Source: Eledone cirrhosa
Taxonomy: Eukaryota
Length of the DNA: 64,000 nucleotides
Direction: 5' to 3'
Assembly (NCBI GenBank): GCA_964016885.1
Contig: OZ024757.1
Location: forward strand, 36,146,001 to 36,210,000
Shown piece after piece: positions 1-12,964 of this stretch; position 1 is the first letter of the stretch; the number at the start of each line of letters is the position of its first letter. The notes beneath the pieces are model-generated. The model was not told the DNA's origin. It was given only the letters and a program-made list of their open reading frames with translations, and did no database searches. Both the position numbers and the translations under genes were made by a program.

Positions 1-235
1 GCATGGAAAGATCTCTTGTCCATACTATTAGAAAGAGGCAGTTGGAGTTCTTTGGCCTCATAAACAGAAAAGATGGTTGGGAGAAGCTGATTCTTTGTGG
101 CAAGATCACTGGAAAGAGGAGACAAGGAAGACGAACAACAACATTTACAGACAGTCTGAACAAATATGGCAAGGGAAATAGGAGTAGAGTGCCATGATTG
201 CCAATGTCTGGGACGGACCTGGCACCTAATGATGA
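1..235 (+). mobile_element. RTE-type LINE 3' end fragment
   Basis: Translation IRKRQLEFFGLINRKDGWEKLILCGKITGKRRQGRR matches the RTE ORF2 C-terminal pattern (RxLxxFGH...G.R..GR). Confidence 0.7.
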
Positions 236-1124
236 CTGTCTGCCCTAGAAAAGAGAAAAAATGTGATGAAGTTGATAAATTGTTAATTATTCAGATATTT
301 TAATTACTTACAAAAATTTTGTCTAATTAGAGTGAAATTTGTCTGAGTCTTGGGATATTTTGAAAAGGGAGCAATGGAAATAGTGTTGAATTAAAGATTG
401 TTAATTTTTAAAATACTGGAATAACGGTTGTTAGGTTATAGGCTTCAGGGTTGATGGGTTGTAGCTTTTTGTCAGACTATCAAGTTAGGAGAAGCGGCGA
501 ATTGATTGAGTCATTAGTACATCTGATAGAATACTTTGTGATATTTGATCCAGCTCTCTATCCTCCGAATTCAAATCCTGCTGTGGTCAACTTTACCTTT
601 CATTCATCCGAGGTCGATAAAAAAGTAGCAGTCACATACTGGCGTCGATTCTTCCTCTATATCTCTTTCTCATTTCTATTTCCTTACTCTCTATCCTTCT
701 CTGGAAGAAATCTTCTGTATTCAGTCGTGGAGAGGAAATGGCCTCCACCAGGTTTTTAAAATGCCCTAGAAATGCTGTATGTCAATATGGCACCCCTACA
801 ACTCCCTCAAGAGTTACAGGACTATGCAAACATGCAAGTTAGGCAATATAAACACACATCAACTTTCCTATTCTTTTTCTTCTTCACCCACTTATTCCTG
901 TGAGGGTCGTGGGGGCAGTATCTTCAATCACACCCTCCACTCACCTCATAAAAATGTTTTATACTTGTCATGCTGAATCTCACCAAGAATTACAGTAACA
1001 GTAGACATGTCTATGGAATGCTCAGCCACTTGTTAATTTCACTAGCAAGCTATTCCATTGATGGATTGGCTAGAACACTTGTGGAAACCAACAGAACTGT
1101 ATTGTCAAAACCTCTATTCATTCT

Positions 1125-1445
1125 AGTGATCATCTTTTTCACCCACTTATTGTGGGAGCAGAGTCCTGAAGCACACCTTCCAGTGGGTTCTGTCAGAAGT
1201 AACCATCTCCAATTGATCTGGCTGGATTCCCCAGGCAAATCCAGCTGAGCTCATGGATGTTATCCAACCACCTTGCTCGGGGTCAACTCTTTGGTCTCTT
1301 GCTGATTGGTTTTGCCCATAAAATCTGTCCAGCGATTCTTTCCTAAGATATTCTAACCACATGCCCATAGTATCGGAGCTGTGATCTCTCAATTTGGAGA
1401 AGTAGCAGCTCTACCTGGAGTGACTCTTTGATCTCCAAACTGCGG
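1125..1445 (-). mobile_element. RTE (Rex3/Expander-like) LINE 3' end; other copies ~18920-19030 (+), 28680-28850 (-), 32640-32945 (+)
   Basis: Minus strand reads ...GIQPDQLEMVTSDRTHWKVCFRTLLPQ; four diverged homologous copies are visible in the window. Confidence 0.7.
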
Positions 1446-1671
1446 ACTTATCATTATCATTTAATGTCCATTTTTCCACTCTAGCATGGGTTAGGCAAGT
1501 CGTCCTGTTGTGAGATAAGCCAAGTCAGGTGGCCATGTCTTGCTCATACAGAACTTATTTGGACTTGGTTTCTACAGCTGGTAACGTTATTCCAAAGACC
1601 CTTCAGAGGAACCCTATTTTGAAGGGTCTTTGGAATAACCTTCAAAGACCCTTCAGAGGAACCCTATTTTG

Positions 1672-1929
1672 TGAAGGCGCATGGCTTAGTGGTTAGAGCA
1701 TTGGGCTTGCAATCGAAAGGTTGTGAGTTCAATTCTCGGACCCGGTGATGTGTTGTTTCCTTGAGCAAGACACTTTATTTCACATTGCTCCAGTTTACTC
1801 AGCTGTAGAAATGAGATGATAGGACTGGGGTCCCTTTCATTAAATTATCCAAGAGACCTCCAACGAGATATACCTTGGAGGAGGCCAGCTAAACCTGCAA
1901 AGGTGGGAGCTGTCACACACATCACACAC
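1672..1929 (+). mobile_element. tRNA-derived SINE (head/body type A, tail 1) with 12-bp TSD
   Basis: A-box-like tggcttagtgg and B-box-like gagttcaattc; TSD aaccctattttg at 1660-1671 and 1930-1941. Confidence 0.85.
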
Positions 1930-2479
1930 AACCCTATTTTGGATGTTCGTATTTGCAGTCATATTCTTTTGACTCCCCCATTCCTTTCAAATTGCTGACC
2001 TTGTGCCAAAAATAGAAGTAATTATTGTTGTTTACAATAGAAAGTTTCCATTTAGGCTGGAACAGAAGACACAGGATGGAATGTGAAATATTAGCATTTA
2101 AAGATTTATTATTGAAATAATGTTTCTACTGATGATGATGATGATGTTACTACAGCTGATGGTGGTGATGGTGTTGTTACTGCTACTACTACTGCTAGTG
2201 CTAATAATATCACTACCACTACTATGACTAAGACCACCATCACTATCACTAGCACCACTACTGCCAACCGTACAACTGCTACTACAACTACTACCATTGT
2301 CACCACCACCGTCCCAGCCAAGCAATCACAAACTAAAATGGTTGAGTAAATAAGTCGCAATATAATCTATAATAATAATAATCTATTAAACATATACAGA
2401 GTAGATTTATGACCATTTCTACTGTGTATAGTGAAGCTAGCCTAGTAGTTAAAGTATTCTGCTGACAACCATATCATGT

Positions 2480-2772
2480 GTATGGTGAAGCTAGTGGTAG
2501 CTTAATGGTAAGGGTGTTGGACTTAAGATCATAATATAGTGGGTTTGATTCCTAGACTGGCTTCTGTGTTGTGTTCTTCAGCAAAATACTTCCTTTCACG
2601 TTGCTCCAGTATACTTAGTTGAAAATGAGTATCAGCAGTAGCTGAGGGTTTAATCTTGCAATGGACTGGAGTCCTATCCAGCGGGTAGTCTTGAACTCTC
2701 AGTCACTTAACACCATGAACACTCGAATAAGCACTGGCTTGATGAACCTCTGGGCTCGAGACAGACCTTAAA
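2480..2772 (+). mobile_element. tRNA-derived SINE (type A-like head, tail 3); relatives ~11650-11800 (-), 29107-29498 (+), 30674-30945 (-), 35065-35330 (+)
   Basis: Shared body gtgttcttgagcaaaacacttcatttcacgttgctccagtatactcagctgaaaa and tail ...gatggactgg...actctcagtc...ataagcac...gctcgagacagac. Confidence 0.75.
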
Positions 2773-2820
2773 CTGACAACTATAATTCTGTGATCAGACA
2801 CCATATTTTCTGTTACTTTC

Positions 2821-4040
2821 ATTAAAACACCTGAGAAACTTCCTATGAGATACAGCTTTGTAGGAGGCCAGCTAAACCTACATAGGTGTGAGCTGTAATA
2901 ACATGATAGGACTGAGACCCTTATCATTAAAACACCTGAGAAACTTCCTATGAGATACAGCTTTGTAGGAGGCCAGCTAAACCTACATAGGTGTGAGCTG
3001 TAATAACATGATAGGACTGAGACCCTTATCATTAAAACACCTGAGAAACTTCCTATGAGATACAGCTTTGTAGGAGGCCAGCTAAACCTACATAGGTGTG
3101 AGCTGTAATAACATGATAGGACTGAGACCCTTATCATTAAAACACCTGAGAAACTTCCTATGAGATACAGCTTTGTAGGAGGCCAGCTAAACCTACATAG
3201 GTGTGAGCTGTAATAACATGATAGGACTGAGACCCTTATCATTAAAACACCTGAGAAACTTCCTATGAGATACAGCTTTGTAGGAGGCCAGCTAAACCTA
3301 CATAGGTGTGAGCTGTAATAACATGATAGGACTGAGACCCTTATCATTAAAACACCTGAGAAACTTCCTATGAGATACAGCTTTGTAGGAGGCCAGCTAA
3401 ACCTACATAGGTGTGAGCTGTAATAACATGATAGGACTGAGACCCTTATCATTAAAACACCTGAGAAACTTCCTATGAGATACAGCTTTGTAGGAGGCCA
3501 GCTAAACCTACATAGGTGTGAGCTGTAATAACATGATAGGACTGAGACCCTTATCATTAAAACACCTGAGAAACTTCCTATGAGATACAGCTTTGTAGGA
3601 GGCCAGCTAAACCTACATAGGTGTGAGCTGTAATAACATGATAGGACTGAGACCCTTATCATTAAAACACCTGAGAAACTTCCTATGAGATACAGCTTTG
3701 TAGGAGGCCAGCTAAACCTACATAGGTGTGAGCTGTAATAACATGATAGGACTGAGACCCTTATCATTAAAACACCTGAGAAACTTCCTATGAGATACAG
3801 CTTTGTAGGAGGCCAGCTAAACCTACATAGGTGTGAGCTGTAATAACATGATAGGACTGAGACCCTTATCATTAAAACATATGGAGAAACCTCCTATGAA
3901 ATTCAGCCTTGTAGGAGGCTAACTAAACTTAAATGTATCAACTGTAACAACATGATAGAACTGGGGTCCCTATCATTAAAACACCCAAGCAACCTCTTTT
4001 GAGGCCTGCTATCCTACATAGGTGTGAGCTGTAACAACTA
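2821..4040. repeat. 105-bp tandem array: 10 identical units plus about 2 degenerate units
   Basis: Unit attaaaacacctgagaaacttcctatgagatacagctttgtaggaggccagctaaacctacataggtgtgagctgtaataacatgataggactgagacccttatc recurs every 105 nt from 2821 to 3870. Confidence 0.97.
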
Positions 4041-4099
4041 GAGCCTCTATAATTTATATAATATATATTTCTATGAGATGCAACTTGATCAGCTAAAGC

Positions 4100-4263
4100 T
4101 ACGAGGGTCGGCTGAAAAGTTAATAGACCAATACCAGAACTGAAATCTCGCATGCATTAATTCCAACTCTTCTTATCAATAACCGCATTGTTTCTTTCCA
4201 GGCACTTGATCGTTTCATGAGAGTATCTTGATCAGCCTATGAACTGTTCAGCCGACCGTCGTA
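4100..4263. mobile_element. mariner-type MITE; copies ~10321-10462, 15506-15704, 28200-28402, 32247-32449
   Basis: TIRs ta-cgagggtcggctgaaaagtt...aactgttcagccgaccgtcg-ta with TA flanks; five homologous copies of about 140-200 bp. Confidence 0.85.
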
Positions 4264-4319
4264 TGTTATGTGTGTGTGTGTAACTTCAGATACAGCTGAA
4301 AATTTCATTTCATTATTTT

Positions 4320-4590
4320 TTTGCCGAGTTAACTTTGCCTTTCATCCTTACTGGGTCGATAAAATAAAGCACCAGTAATGTACTGGCGTCGATTTAATCG
4401 ACTTTCCCCTCCCCCAAATTACTGGCCTTGTGCCTATATAAGAAATCATTATTTTTTTGCCGAGTTAACTTTGCCTTTCATCCTTACTGGGTTGATAAAA
4501 TACAGTACCAGTAACTCACTGGGGGTCGATTTAATCGACTTACCCACCCCTTCAAATTGTTGACCTTGTGTCAAATGTAGAAACAATTTT
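4320..4590 (+). mobile_element. Abundant SINE family B, two partial tandem copies; others ~480-660, 18235-18450, 22600-22720, 24690-24960, 42555-42740, 53470-53670, 54085-54265
   Basis: Diagnostic gttaactttgcctttcatccttacggggtcgataaaataaagtaccagt...ggccttgtgccaaaagtagaaac followed by (att)n. Confidence 0.85.
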
Positions 4591-5145
4591 TTTTTTGTGC
4601 GGACATAAACGTGATAATTTGTGTCTGCTTATATAAATGTGTAAAGGTCAGTAGACACCCTGCAATATTGGAGTCCGACTGAGTTATCTCCCTTCTTACC
4701 AACGAGCTTTTAGTCTTGTGTGTGGAGACGTAATAAGTAGCCGTGAAGCTAGTATAAATGTCGACTACTACTAACTTGTGAAGTAGTTGATTGCTGTAGC
4801 ACTTTATAATGCCATTTCCATCTCACATCTTTTGAGCCATCTTTATAAACCGTGGAGCAGTAATGTGTGAAGGCTGGGCGTCATAATACATATTTTAAAT
4901 GACTATACACCCAACCATCGTAATAACACGCATACATTTTATTAAAGCTAAATAGTGAAACTCCAGACTTACTGTTTAGCCTTAATAAAATGAATATTTA
5001 AACGGTATTGAGTACTTCAGTTTTAAACTAGTAAGACCATTATTCAGAAGCATACTCGATACTTGGGATAGTAGAGTTCTAGTTTTGTAGAGGACATTTC
5101 GACAATATTGTGTATGTGTGTGTGTGTGTGTGTGTGTGTATAGAG

Positions 5146-5548
5146 AGAGAGATGACCCCTTAGCCTTTGTCAAGGCAGAATTCTAGGAGAAGGAAAACTC
5201 TGATATAACACTTGCAACCCTGATGGTATCCAATGATGTTAACTTGTTCTTCTTTTTGGTAAATATCATCTTGGTTAAGAGAGTGGGACTGGCTTTGTGC
5301 AGTGCCTTTGCTCACTATAAAAGCTTCACGGCACAGGCATTGCTTTATATCTGGAGATCTCTCTGCACTTGTCGTCACATGTACCATGGGCCCAGCACTA
5401 TGTGTCAATAATTGTCACAAGTGTAGTGTTTGTGCCAGAGTTTTCAAGTCGCTGGCTGGACTAAAAAGTCACTCGTTCAGCGCATCGGTAGGGGTTCTCC
5501 TACATGGATATAAAGTAGTGGCCGTACTCGAAAACGAGTTGGCAACCA

Positions 5549-5552
<4 letters not shown>
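5146..5552 (+). mobile_element. Non-autonomous RTE-derived element, 5'-truncated copy 1
   Basis: Near-identical to 41385-41797 and 60945-61357; motif ctaggagaaggaaaactctga resembling RTE 5' UTRs; remnant C2H2 finger [17 protein letters not shown]; ends in (TA)n. Confidence 0.75.
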
Positions 5553-5602
<50 letters not shown>

Positions 5603-5741
5603 CGAGTAAGTATGTTTTTGAAACAGTGAGCAGGTTTGAAATTAGAAAATAGAATAGCTTTCACCGAATTTTTGACTAAAGAAATTTAGTTTGATAATGG
5701 GGTTTAGAACCCTCAGATAAATGGAAAAAGATGAGTATTGA

Positions 5742-5810
<69 letters not shown>

Positions 5811-6979
5811 GTGTGTGTGTATGTATGTTGGTGTCACGACAAAAATCACCCAGTCCACACTGTAAATGTGGTTTGTGTTAGAAAGGATATCCAACCATAG
5901 AAACCAAGTCAGAAACAGTTCTGTATGAGTAAGATAAGATATGTGGTTACTTGATCTGACTTGTCCCACAACAGGACATCTCGTCTAACCCATGCTAGCT
6001 TGGAAAAATGGACATTAAACGGTGACGATGATATAAGAAATGGCAATCAAAATGATTGCCATTTCTTAATGATCATAATTTTAACTTTGGCAGACTACCG
6101 CATAGATGAAGGGAAACAAGAATTTGGAGTAGTGTCCCTTGGATTGCTATGACTTGTTTGTTTTTATTGATCTCTTCCTGTCAATTGTCACACTGTACAC
6201 ACGTGTGTGTGATCACAAACAAATAGTTCCACCACTTTGTAAAATGGAACGTATTCCCGGAGACTAAGTGTCTGTGTGTATTTTTATATATATCATCGTC
6301 GTTTAACGTCCATTTTCCGCCCTAGTATTGGTTAGATGACATGTCTCGTGAGACAACCAAGTCGCGGACTGGGAGCAGCAGTGGGGATAGAATTCACCTT
6401 TGTCTGTTAGATACACAGAACAGCCTACCTGTGATATTAACAGATCAGTTCATTTTGTATTATAAGTGGCTTAGTTTGCTATGGACATGTATAATTCGCA
6501 GGGAGATTCAGCATGATACATTGTCAAAGTGTAATCCTTTGAATTATACATGTTGTCTCTGTTGAATTATACATGTTGTTTGTAGTGTTGGTGGTTGAGT
6601 ATTCCTGTGACAAGTAGGCTGGCTCTTTCAATTCCAGGTACAGTATTCCATCTAATGGGCTCCCAGTCTCTCTCTACCCAATTTTATTGACAAGGCAAGG
6701 CTATTGTGATACTTGACCAAGATGTCATGTAAGAGATATTGAACTCTGGCCCTCTTGGACTTCTTAACCATGCTACAGACTCACCCCACCTCCTCACACA
6801 CACCACATACACACACTCACACAGACACATACAGATACACACACACTCACACAGATACAGCATATACCTATATATATGTATATATTCACACGTGTGTGTA
6901 TGTGTATATATATGTATATATGGAAGATAGATGTTAAACACACACATACATGTATATATGTATATGTGTGTATATAACA

Positions 6980-7320
6980 CAAAAGAATGACTGTATGATG
7001 CCTGTGTGTGATGTGCGATGCTGCATGGTAGTGAAACATGGGCTGTCATTGTGGAGGACATGTGTAGACTGGAAAGAAATGAAGCAACCATGCTTCATTG
7101 GATGTGCAATGTAAATGTGAAAGAACACCAGACCCTTGATGAACTGGGGGAGAAACTGGGTTTAAAAGGAATCAGTAATAGTGTGCAGGAGAAGAGACTG
7201 TTAGTATGGACATGTGATACACATGGATGATGATAGCTGAGTGAAGAAGTACCAAGAAATCCCAGGAGAAGGAAGAAGTAGACGACCAAGGAAGATGTAA
7301 AATGATGATAATGATGACGA
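6980..7320 (+). mobile_element. Degenerate RTE LINE ORF2 3' fragment
   Basis: MLHGSETWAV...RLERNEATMLHWMC is homologous to 43643-44497; (gat)n tail. Confidence 0.85.
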
Positions 7321-8022
7321 TCATATTGTATTATTTAAATGGTTTTAGCCATTGGACTGTGGCCATGCTGGGGCACCATCCTCAAGGGTTTCTTCAATCA
7401 TAGAAACAAAACAGGTGGTGTGAGCTGATCTGAGACTCAGAAGAAATGATAAGGACCTGTCCAACCCATGCAAGCTGTGGAAAAGCATTGTAAAAAAATA
7501 TGATAATGATGGCATACATATTGTTTTAGACATGCACACACATTTTCTTGCTGGTGCCAGTGTTGCTGTAAAACTAAGTCTCCCCCCTACTGACCCCCCC
7601 CCCCCTCCGTGTCTCTCCTCTTCCCTTTTCCCCATTCCCTCACATCCCCACTCCTCTCTTTCCACTCCCCTCAATGTCTGTTGCTGATTTTTATGAGGTG
7701 ACAATTCGCTTTAATTTTTTAATCCTTTTTGTCATTTTAACTATTTTTTGTGGGAAGTGTTATATATATATAATGAGTGTAATCGAAGTTGTAGCTGCAA
7801 GTAGCAGATTGGACCTTCCAAGACTGTCACAAAGCACTCAATGATAGAGTAATCAATAAATTTCTCCTCAGAGTGAACACAAGAAGCTAGGTAACAGTGA
7901 CACAATGAATAATGCAGCCAGAGGCATGTTGCCACATTAATATTTGAAAAAAAAAAAAAATACAGACAGGTTGAAAACGAACCTGGACTTGATAGATATT
8001 AATTGGTATTTATCTTTAATAG

Positions 8023-8295
8023 GTTTCTGGGAATCCAGAAGTTACACTCTAAGTTGCATAATGTATATGCAAGTCAGTAATTCATCCTAAGATGGAACAG
8101 GGATTTCCCTTCGTCAACAGGTTTTTCATTCCAAGTATCCACTTTCATTGAGTTCTGAGACGACACTGCCATTCGACTGTAGTAGTAAATTTGGCAGTGA
8201 CGTCACTTGTCCTTTCTCAAAAAGAGGAAGGTCAGTTTTTTGAGTTTTGGTGGGTACATTCAAAAGTGTGAACAAAGGATTTATTCAGTCTTGAG
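8023..8295 (+). other. Possible non-coding (5' UTR) exon of the host gene
   Basis: Non-repetitive sequence bounded by tatctttaatag| and GAG|gtaaat; no frame open across it. Confidence 0.3.
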
Positions 8296-8486
8296 GTAAA
8301 TAAGCTCTTAACTAGGTTTTTAAACAAACAATTAAACAATCAATTAATTAATTATAAAGGGTAGGAGAAAATAATATTAGTAATGAGTATAATTGAAGTT
8401 GCAGCTATATACATATATATATTTATACTCTATCAAAGTATTGAGTATCATTTTTGACAGTCATCACCTTCTGATTTACATGGGAG

Positions 8487-8549
<63 letters not shown>

Positions 8550-8553
<4 letters not shown>

Positions 8554-8760
8554 TTTGTTATACTTTGGGAGGGTCATGTCGCCAATAAGAAACACACGCA
8601 CGCACCAGTTGCTTTCACTTCAGTTTATTATAAATTAAATTTATAAATTTAGGAATTTATAAATTTCCGGTTGGTTGGTTGGTTCCACAACCAGACGATT
8701 GTTCATATATTGTCAAAGTTCTTTCGTCACACATTCTGTGACCTCTTCAGTGACTGGGGA
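8550..8760 (-). mobile_element. Penelope-like pseudo-LTR fragment (family H2)
   Basis: Homologous to 44885-45060 in inverted orientation; carries a hammerhead motif; abuts (TA)n. Confidence 0.65.
8712..8754 (-). ncRNA. Minimal type I hammerhead ribozyme motif (H2)
   Basis: Reverse complement reads gtca CTGAAGA g gtcaca gaatg tgtgac GAAA gaac TT tgac. Confidence 0.75.
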
Positions 8761-9230
8761 TTCTTTTCTTTGTTTTTGTGCCTCTCCTTTATATATAGTT
8801 TGTTTGTTATAAAATATTAACTAACTAGGGTTGCATTTGCAACACAACCAACAAATAATGATGTAATTAAGATGAAGCCCTCAACGTCATGTGTATCTTG
8901 CCACTTCCGATGTGGTAGTTCAAGACGATGTGTATGTACAGTAATAACATTGTGAAGGCTAGATATTGATAATTCCTTTTATTACGTAAATCGCTGTAAT
9001 TCGTATTTCTGTGGTGTTAGTATTGCTACCCAACTCAACTCCCCCCAAACAGTATTTTATCTAATGTGTTATGTAATATATTTCTAATGTTATACAGGTT
9101 ATTGATCAAATACGTGTCTCATCCCTTATAAGGCGTAGGACTTCTATTTGATGTGGCCCGGGCTTTTGTAAGAGCAACATCACACACTTCGTAGGACTCA
9201 TCATGGCGCATATGCACACACATCATGGCG

Positions 9231-9272
<42 letters not shown>

Positions 9273-10462
9273 CCTTATGGCTCATACACTGCTATTACTC
9301 CAAACCAACAGTCAGAGATAGAAATAGAAAGAGATAGACATGGAGTGACAAGTAGAGAGAGAGAGAGTGTGTGTGACAGAAAGAGATAGACAGGGAGTGT
9401 CAAGTAGAGAGAGAGAGAGTGTGTGTGACAGAAAGAGATAGACAGGGAGTGACAAGTAGAGAGAGAGAGTGAGTGTGTGTGTGTGACAGAAAGAGATATA
9501 GCTGTGTGTGTGTCTGTTCCTCCTCCTCCACGTGTCATTTAGTCCTGTTCTACTCTAGCTTATTTTTCTCATTTTTTCTTCTTTTTTTTTCACATGACAA
9601 GGTTTGGGGGAGGGGAAGATTGTGTTTGTTGTTGGGGAACTGATTGTTGTTGTTAGGTGTATGTGTGTATGGTTCTCATTATTGTTGTCAGGTGTTGGTG
9701 GGAGAGGGCTGCAGTTTTGTGTGTGTTTCTTATGTTGAACACATAACAGTTTTGTGACTTACCCTTTCAACCGCTCACCTGTCCCACCCCCTCACCTGGC
9801 TTACCTGTGCTGGTGACTGTTAACTTACAGCCAAGCCAGACAATAAGAAAGGAAGTAAGCATTGTGGAAGGATTAGCTCAGAAGTCGTTGGAAAATATAA
9901 ATATATATAAATATATATATATAGAGTAAAAACAAACTTGTTAGTACTTCTTTAATTATTGTGTTGAATAATTAATTATGTAAAAAAAAAAAGGACTAAA
10001 AAAAGTTCAAAAATATAACTGAAATTTCTACTTCAAATATTTCAAACTCTATACTCTGGATAATATTCTCTGTTTTCTCAGCTATGTAAGTTTATTTTTA
10101 AAATTCTTTCCTATGGCCTTACTGTTTTATTATATTATGTATCTATTTCTACTAGTATATCACCCATTGTTTTATGGCCAGAATAAATAGTATTCACTTA
10201 AAAAACAAACATTCTTTTAATATGTATCTGAAATTTTGTTACACTCTATTTGTCCAAGTATGGAGTAATCTGCTGAATAATGGTCTCACTAGTTTAAACT
10301 GGTAAAATCCTGACATATTATATAAGGTTCAGTTGAAAAGTTCATAGGCTGACCAAATGAGGTTTATTTTTTTAAAATAGTCCCTGGAAAGAAACAACGC
10401 ATAAGATGAGTTGAAATTAATGCATGCAAGATTTCACAGCCCTAGCATCACTCCATAGTCAG

Positions 10463-10514
<52 letters not shown>

Positions 10515-11026
10515 GTGAGTGAAAAACACCTTGTCAGTATCTCTTTCATTCTCTTTTTTGTTGAGGAAATTATGAAAAACAACAACAAAAACACCTTTAA
10601 TATATAATATAACTGAAATTCTACTTGAAAAAAATCAAACTTTGATATATGCCCCCGCCCCCCCACATGTGTGGATACTCTCCCTATGTTGTTTGTCTTT
10701 CAATATGTTTTCTTGTTATTCTTATCCTTTTCATTACCATCATCATCATCATTTTAATATCTGTTATTCCCTGTTAGCAAGGGTTGGGCAGATCTACATA
10801 AACCAAGTCAGTACTGATGCAGTGGCTACTGATCTGCCAGGCTGACTAGGGAACTGTGTCTTGCTTATGTATGGTTATATTTCTAATAAAACACAATGCT
10901 TATAACTTTTGGCATTTGGAACATAACTTAGCAAGGTTTCTTACATAAAATTATAAGGGAAAGTACCATATAATTGGTGAAAAGTGAATTGGTGAAAACC
11001 AAAGCTATTTATAAATCAGGGTGGTG

Positions 11027-11064
<38 letters not shown>

Positions 11065-11067
<3 letters not shown>

Positions 11068-11365
11068 TCATCATCATTTCATTTTACGTCTGCTTTTTCC
11101 CTGCTTGCAAGGGTGGGACGGGAACTGATTCTGGCTTGATTTCTACAGCTGGATGCCCTTCCTAACACCAACCTCATTTACAGTGAGTGCTGGGTGCTTT
11201 TTTGCTGTGGCACCTCCACAACCACTTTACAGTGGAATGATAGGGACCCCAATCCCTATCATCTCATTTCTACAGCTGAGTAAACTGGAGCAATGTGAAA
11301 TAAAGTGTCTTGCTCAAGGAAACAACACATCACCCGGTCTGAGAATTGAACTCACAACCTTTTCG
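11065..11365 (-). mobile_element. 5'-truncated SINE (type A body, RTE-like tail 2)
   Basis: Near-identical to 17487-17785; (gat)n tail. Confidence 0.8.
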
Positions 11366-11587
11366 ATATATATATATATCTGTTGTTTTAACCTGATTAG
11401 TTCTTTCATTGTTTTGGTACTGTATGGTTGGGTTTTGCCTACCGCAATTTTCAATTTGTCAAGCTATTTAAACGTAATGTTATTACTCTAAGGACCAACC
11501 CTTATTGAGTGCTTTGCTACTCATTCCTTATTGTAGGTTGACTTTGCTTAGCCACAGCCAAAGCTTGATTTTACTTAGCTTCCACTT

Positions 11588-11650
<63 letters not shown>

Positions 11651-12634
11651 GTCTTAAGTCAGATGGCTCATTAGGCCAGAGCTTATCCTGTTTTCATGAT
11701 GTGAAGCAACTGAGAGTACAAAACTTATTCCCTGACAGGACACCAGTCCATCGCAGGGTTAACCCCTCCCCCAGCTATTGCTGGTACTCATTTTCAGCCG
11801 TGCAGTTATACAGAAGACTTGCCTTCCCTTGCATACAAACCTACAGTCAGTAGGCACCTCTTAATCCAATATACACCCCACCCTACACCCTTCTTCCACC
11901 CTCCCACTTCTGTCCACTGTAAAGTGGTCATGTAGGTGACATGACAAAAAGCACCCAGTGCACGCTGTAAGGTGGTTGTGTAGGAGACAAGGTAAAAAGG
12001 CTCCCGGTCCACACTGTAAGTGTGGTTGGTGTTAGGAAGGGCATCCAGCTGTAGAAAACCTGCCAGAAACAGTTCTGTATGAACGAGATATGGTCTCCCG
12101 ACCAATCTTGTCTCAAGTGGGACAAAACTGTCCAACCCATGGAAGATGGACATTAAACGATGATGATATATATATATATATATATATATGTTTTTGTTCA
12201 CATATTACTTGGCTTATAATAGAGTATATATGGTACTTAATTAGAAACACTCTAAAATAAAGTTTTGTGTCATAGAACCCAGGTGTTGGTAACTTGTAGT
12301 TTGTCTTTAATTGCTGCTAGTGCTCTAAAATTTGTTTTATTGCCACGATAAAAAAAAAAAACACCGCCCATCCCACACTGTAAAGTGGTCGTTTTGGTGC
12401 TATGAAAAAAAAAAATACCCAGCCTATAAAGTGGTTGTTTGGGTGTCATGACAAAAAACACCCAATCCACACTGTAAATATGGTTGGTGTTAGGAAGGGT
12501 ATCCATGGTGACCTGACCTGTCTCACAGTAGGAGAACTTGTCTAACTCATCCTAGCATAGAAAAATGAACGTTAAATGATATGTCTACAAAGTTGTATTA
12601 AAATAAACATCACAACTTATTTCTGCTAAGTGAT

Positions 12635-12849
12635 TTAACCCTTTAATATTTACATTACTCTATACTATTGTATTTTCATGGTAAAGCCTTTACCTCACAT
12701 AATATCGAATCTATGAGACTTTGATATTATCTATTTTGAGAACAATACCTTAACATCAGTATGTGTTGCCGGTTAAAGCAGGTGTGAACAGAAAGTGGTG
12801 AGAGGAGTGTGCTGGCCTGATATGGCTGGTTTAAATGCTAAAAGGTTAA
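12635..12849. mobile_element. piggyBac-type TTAA MITE, opposite orientation to the 20620 copy
   Basis: ttaa-ccctttaatattta...taaatgctaaaagg-ttaa; homologous to 20620-20849 and 33874-34092. Confidence 0.8.
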
Positions 12850-12964
12850 AGCCGAAAAGCTTACAATAAAAGAAAAGTTAGCTAAATTTGTATTTTCTTG
12901 TTTTTTGTGTAGAATAAATTATGCTGCTGCGATAGTTATTATTATTATCATTATTATTGTTATT

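Noticed and set aside
1672-1750. tRNA gene
   Set aside because: A and B boxes are present but there is no full cloverleaf; it continues into a SINE body bounded by a TSD.
2703-3872. 389-aa ORF of 35-aa repeats, and a possible CRISPR-like array
   Set aside because: It is the stop-free frame of a 105-bp satellite; units are identical with no unique spacers, and there are no cas genes.
10070-10092. Coding exon ending at ctat|gtaagt
   Set aside because: The phase-1 frame has a stop just upstream and no ATG; at most a non-coding exon, which the sequence alone cannot support.
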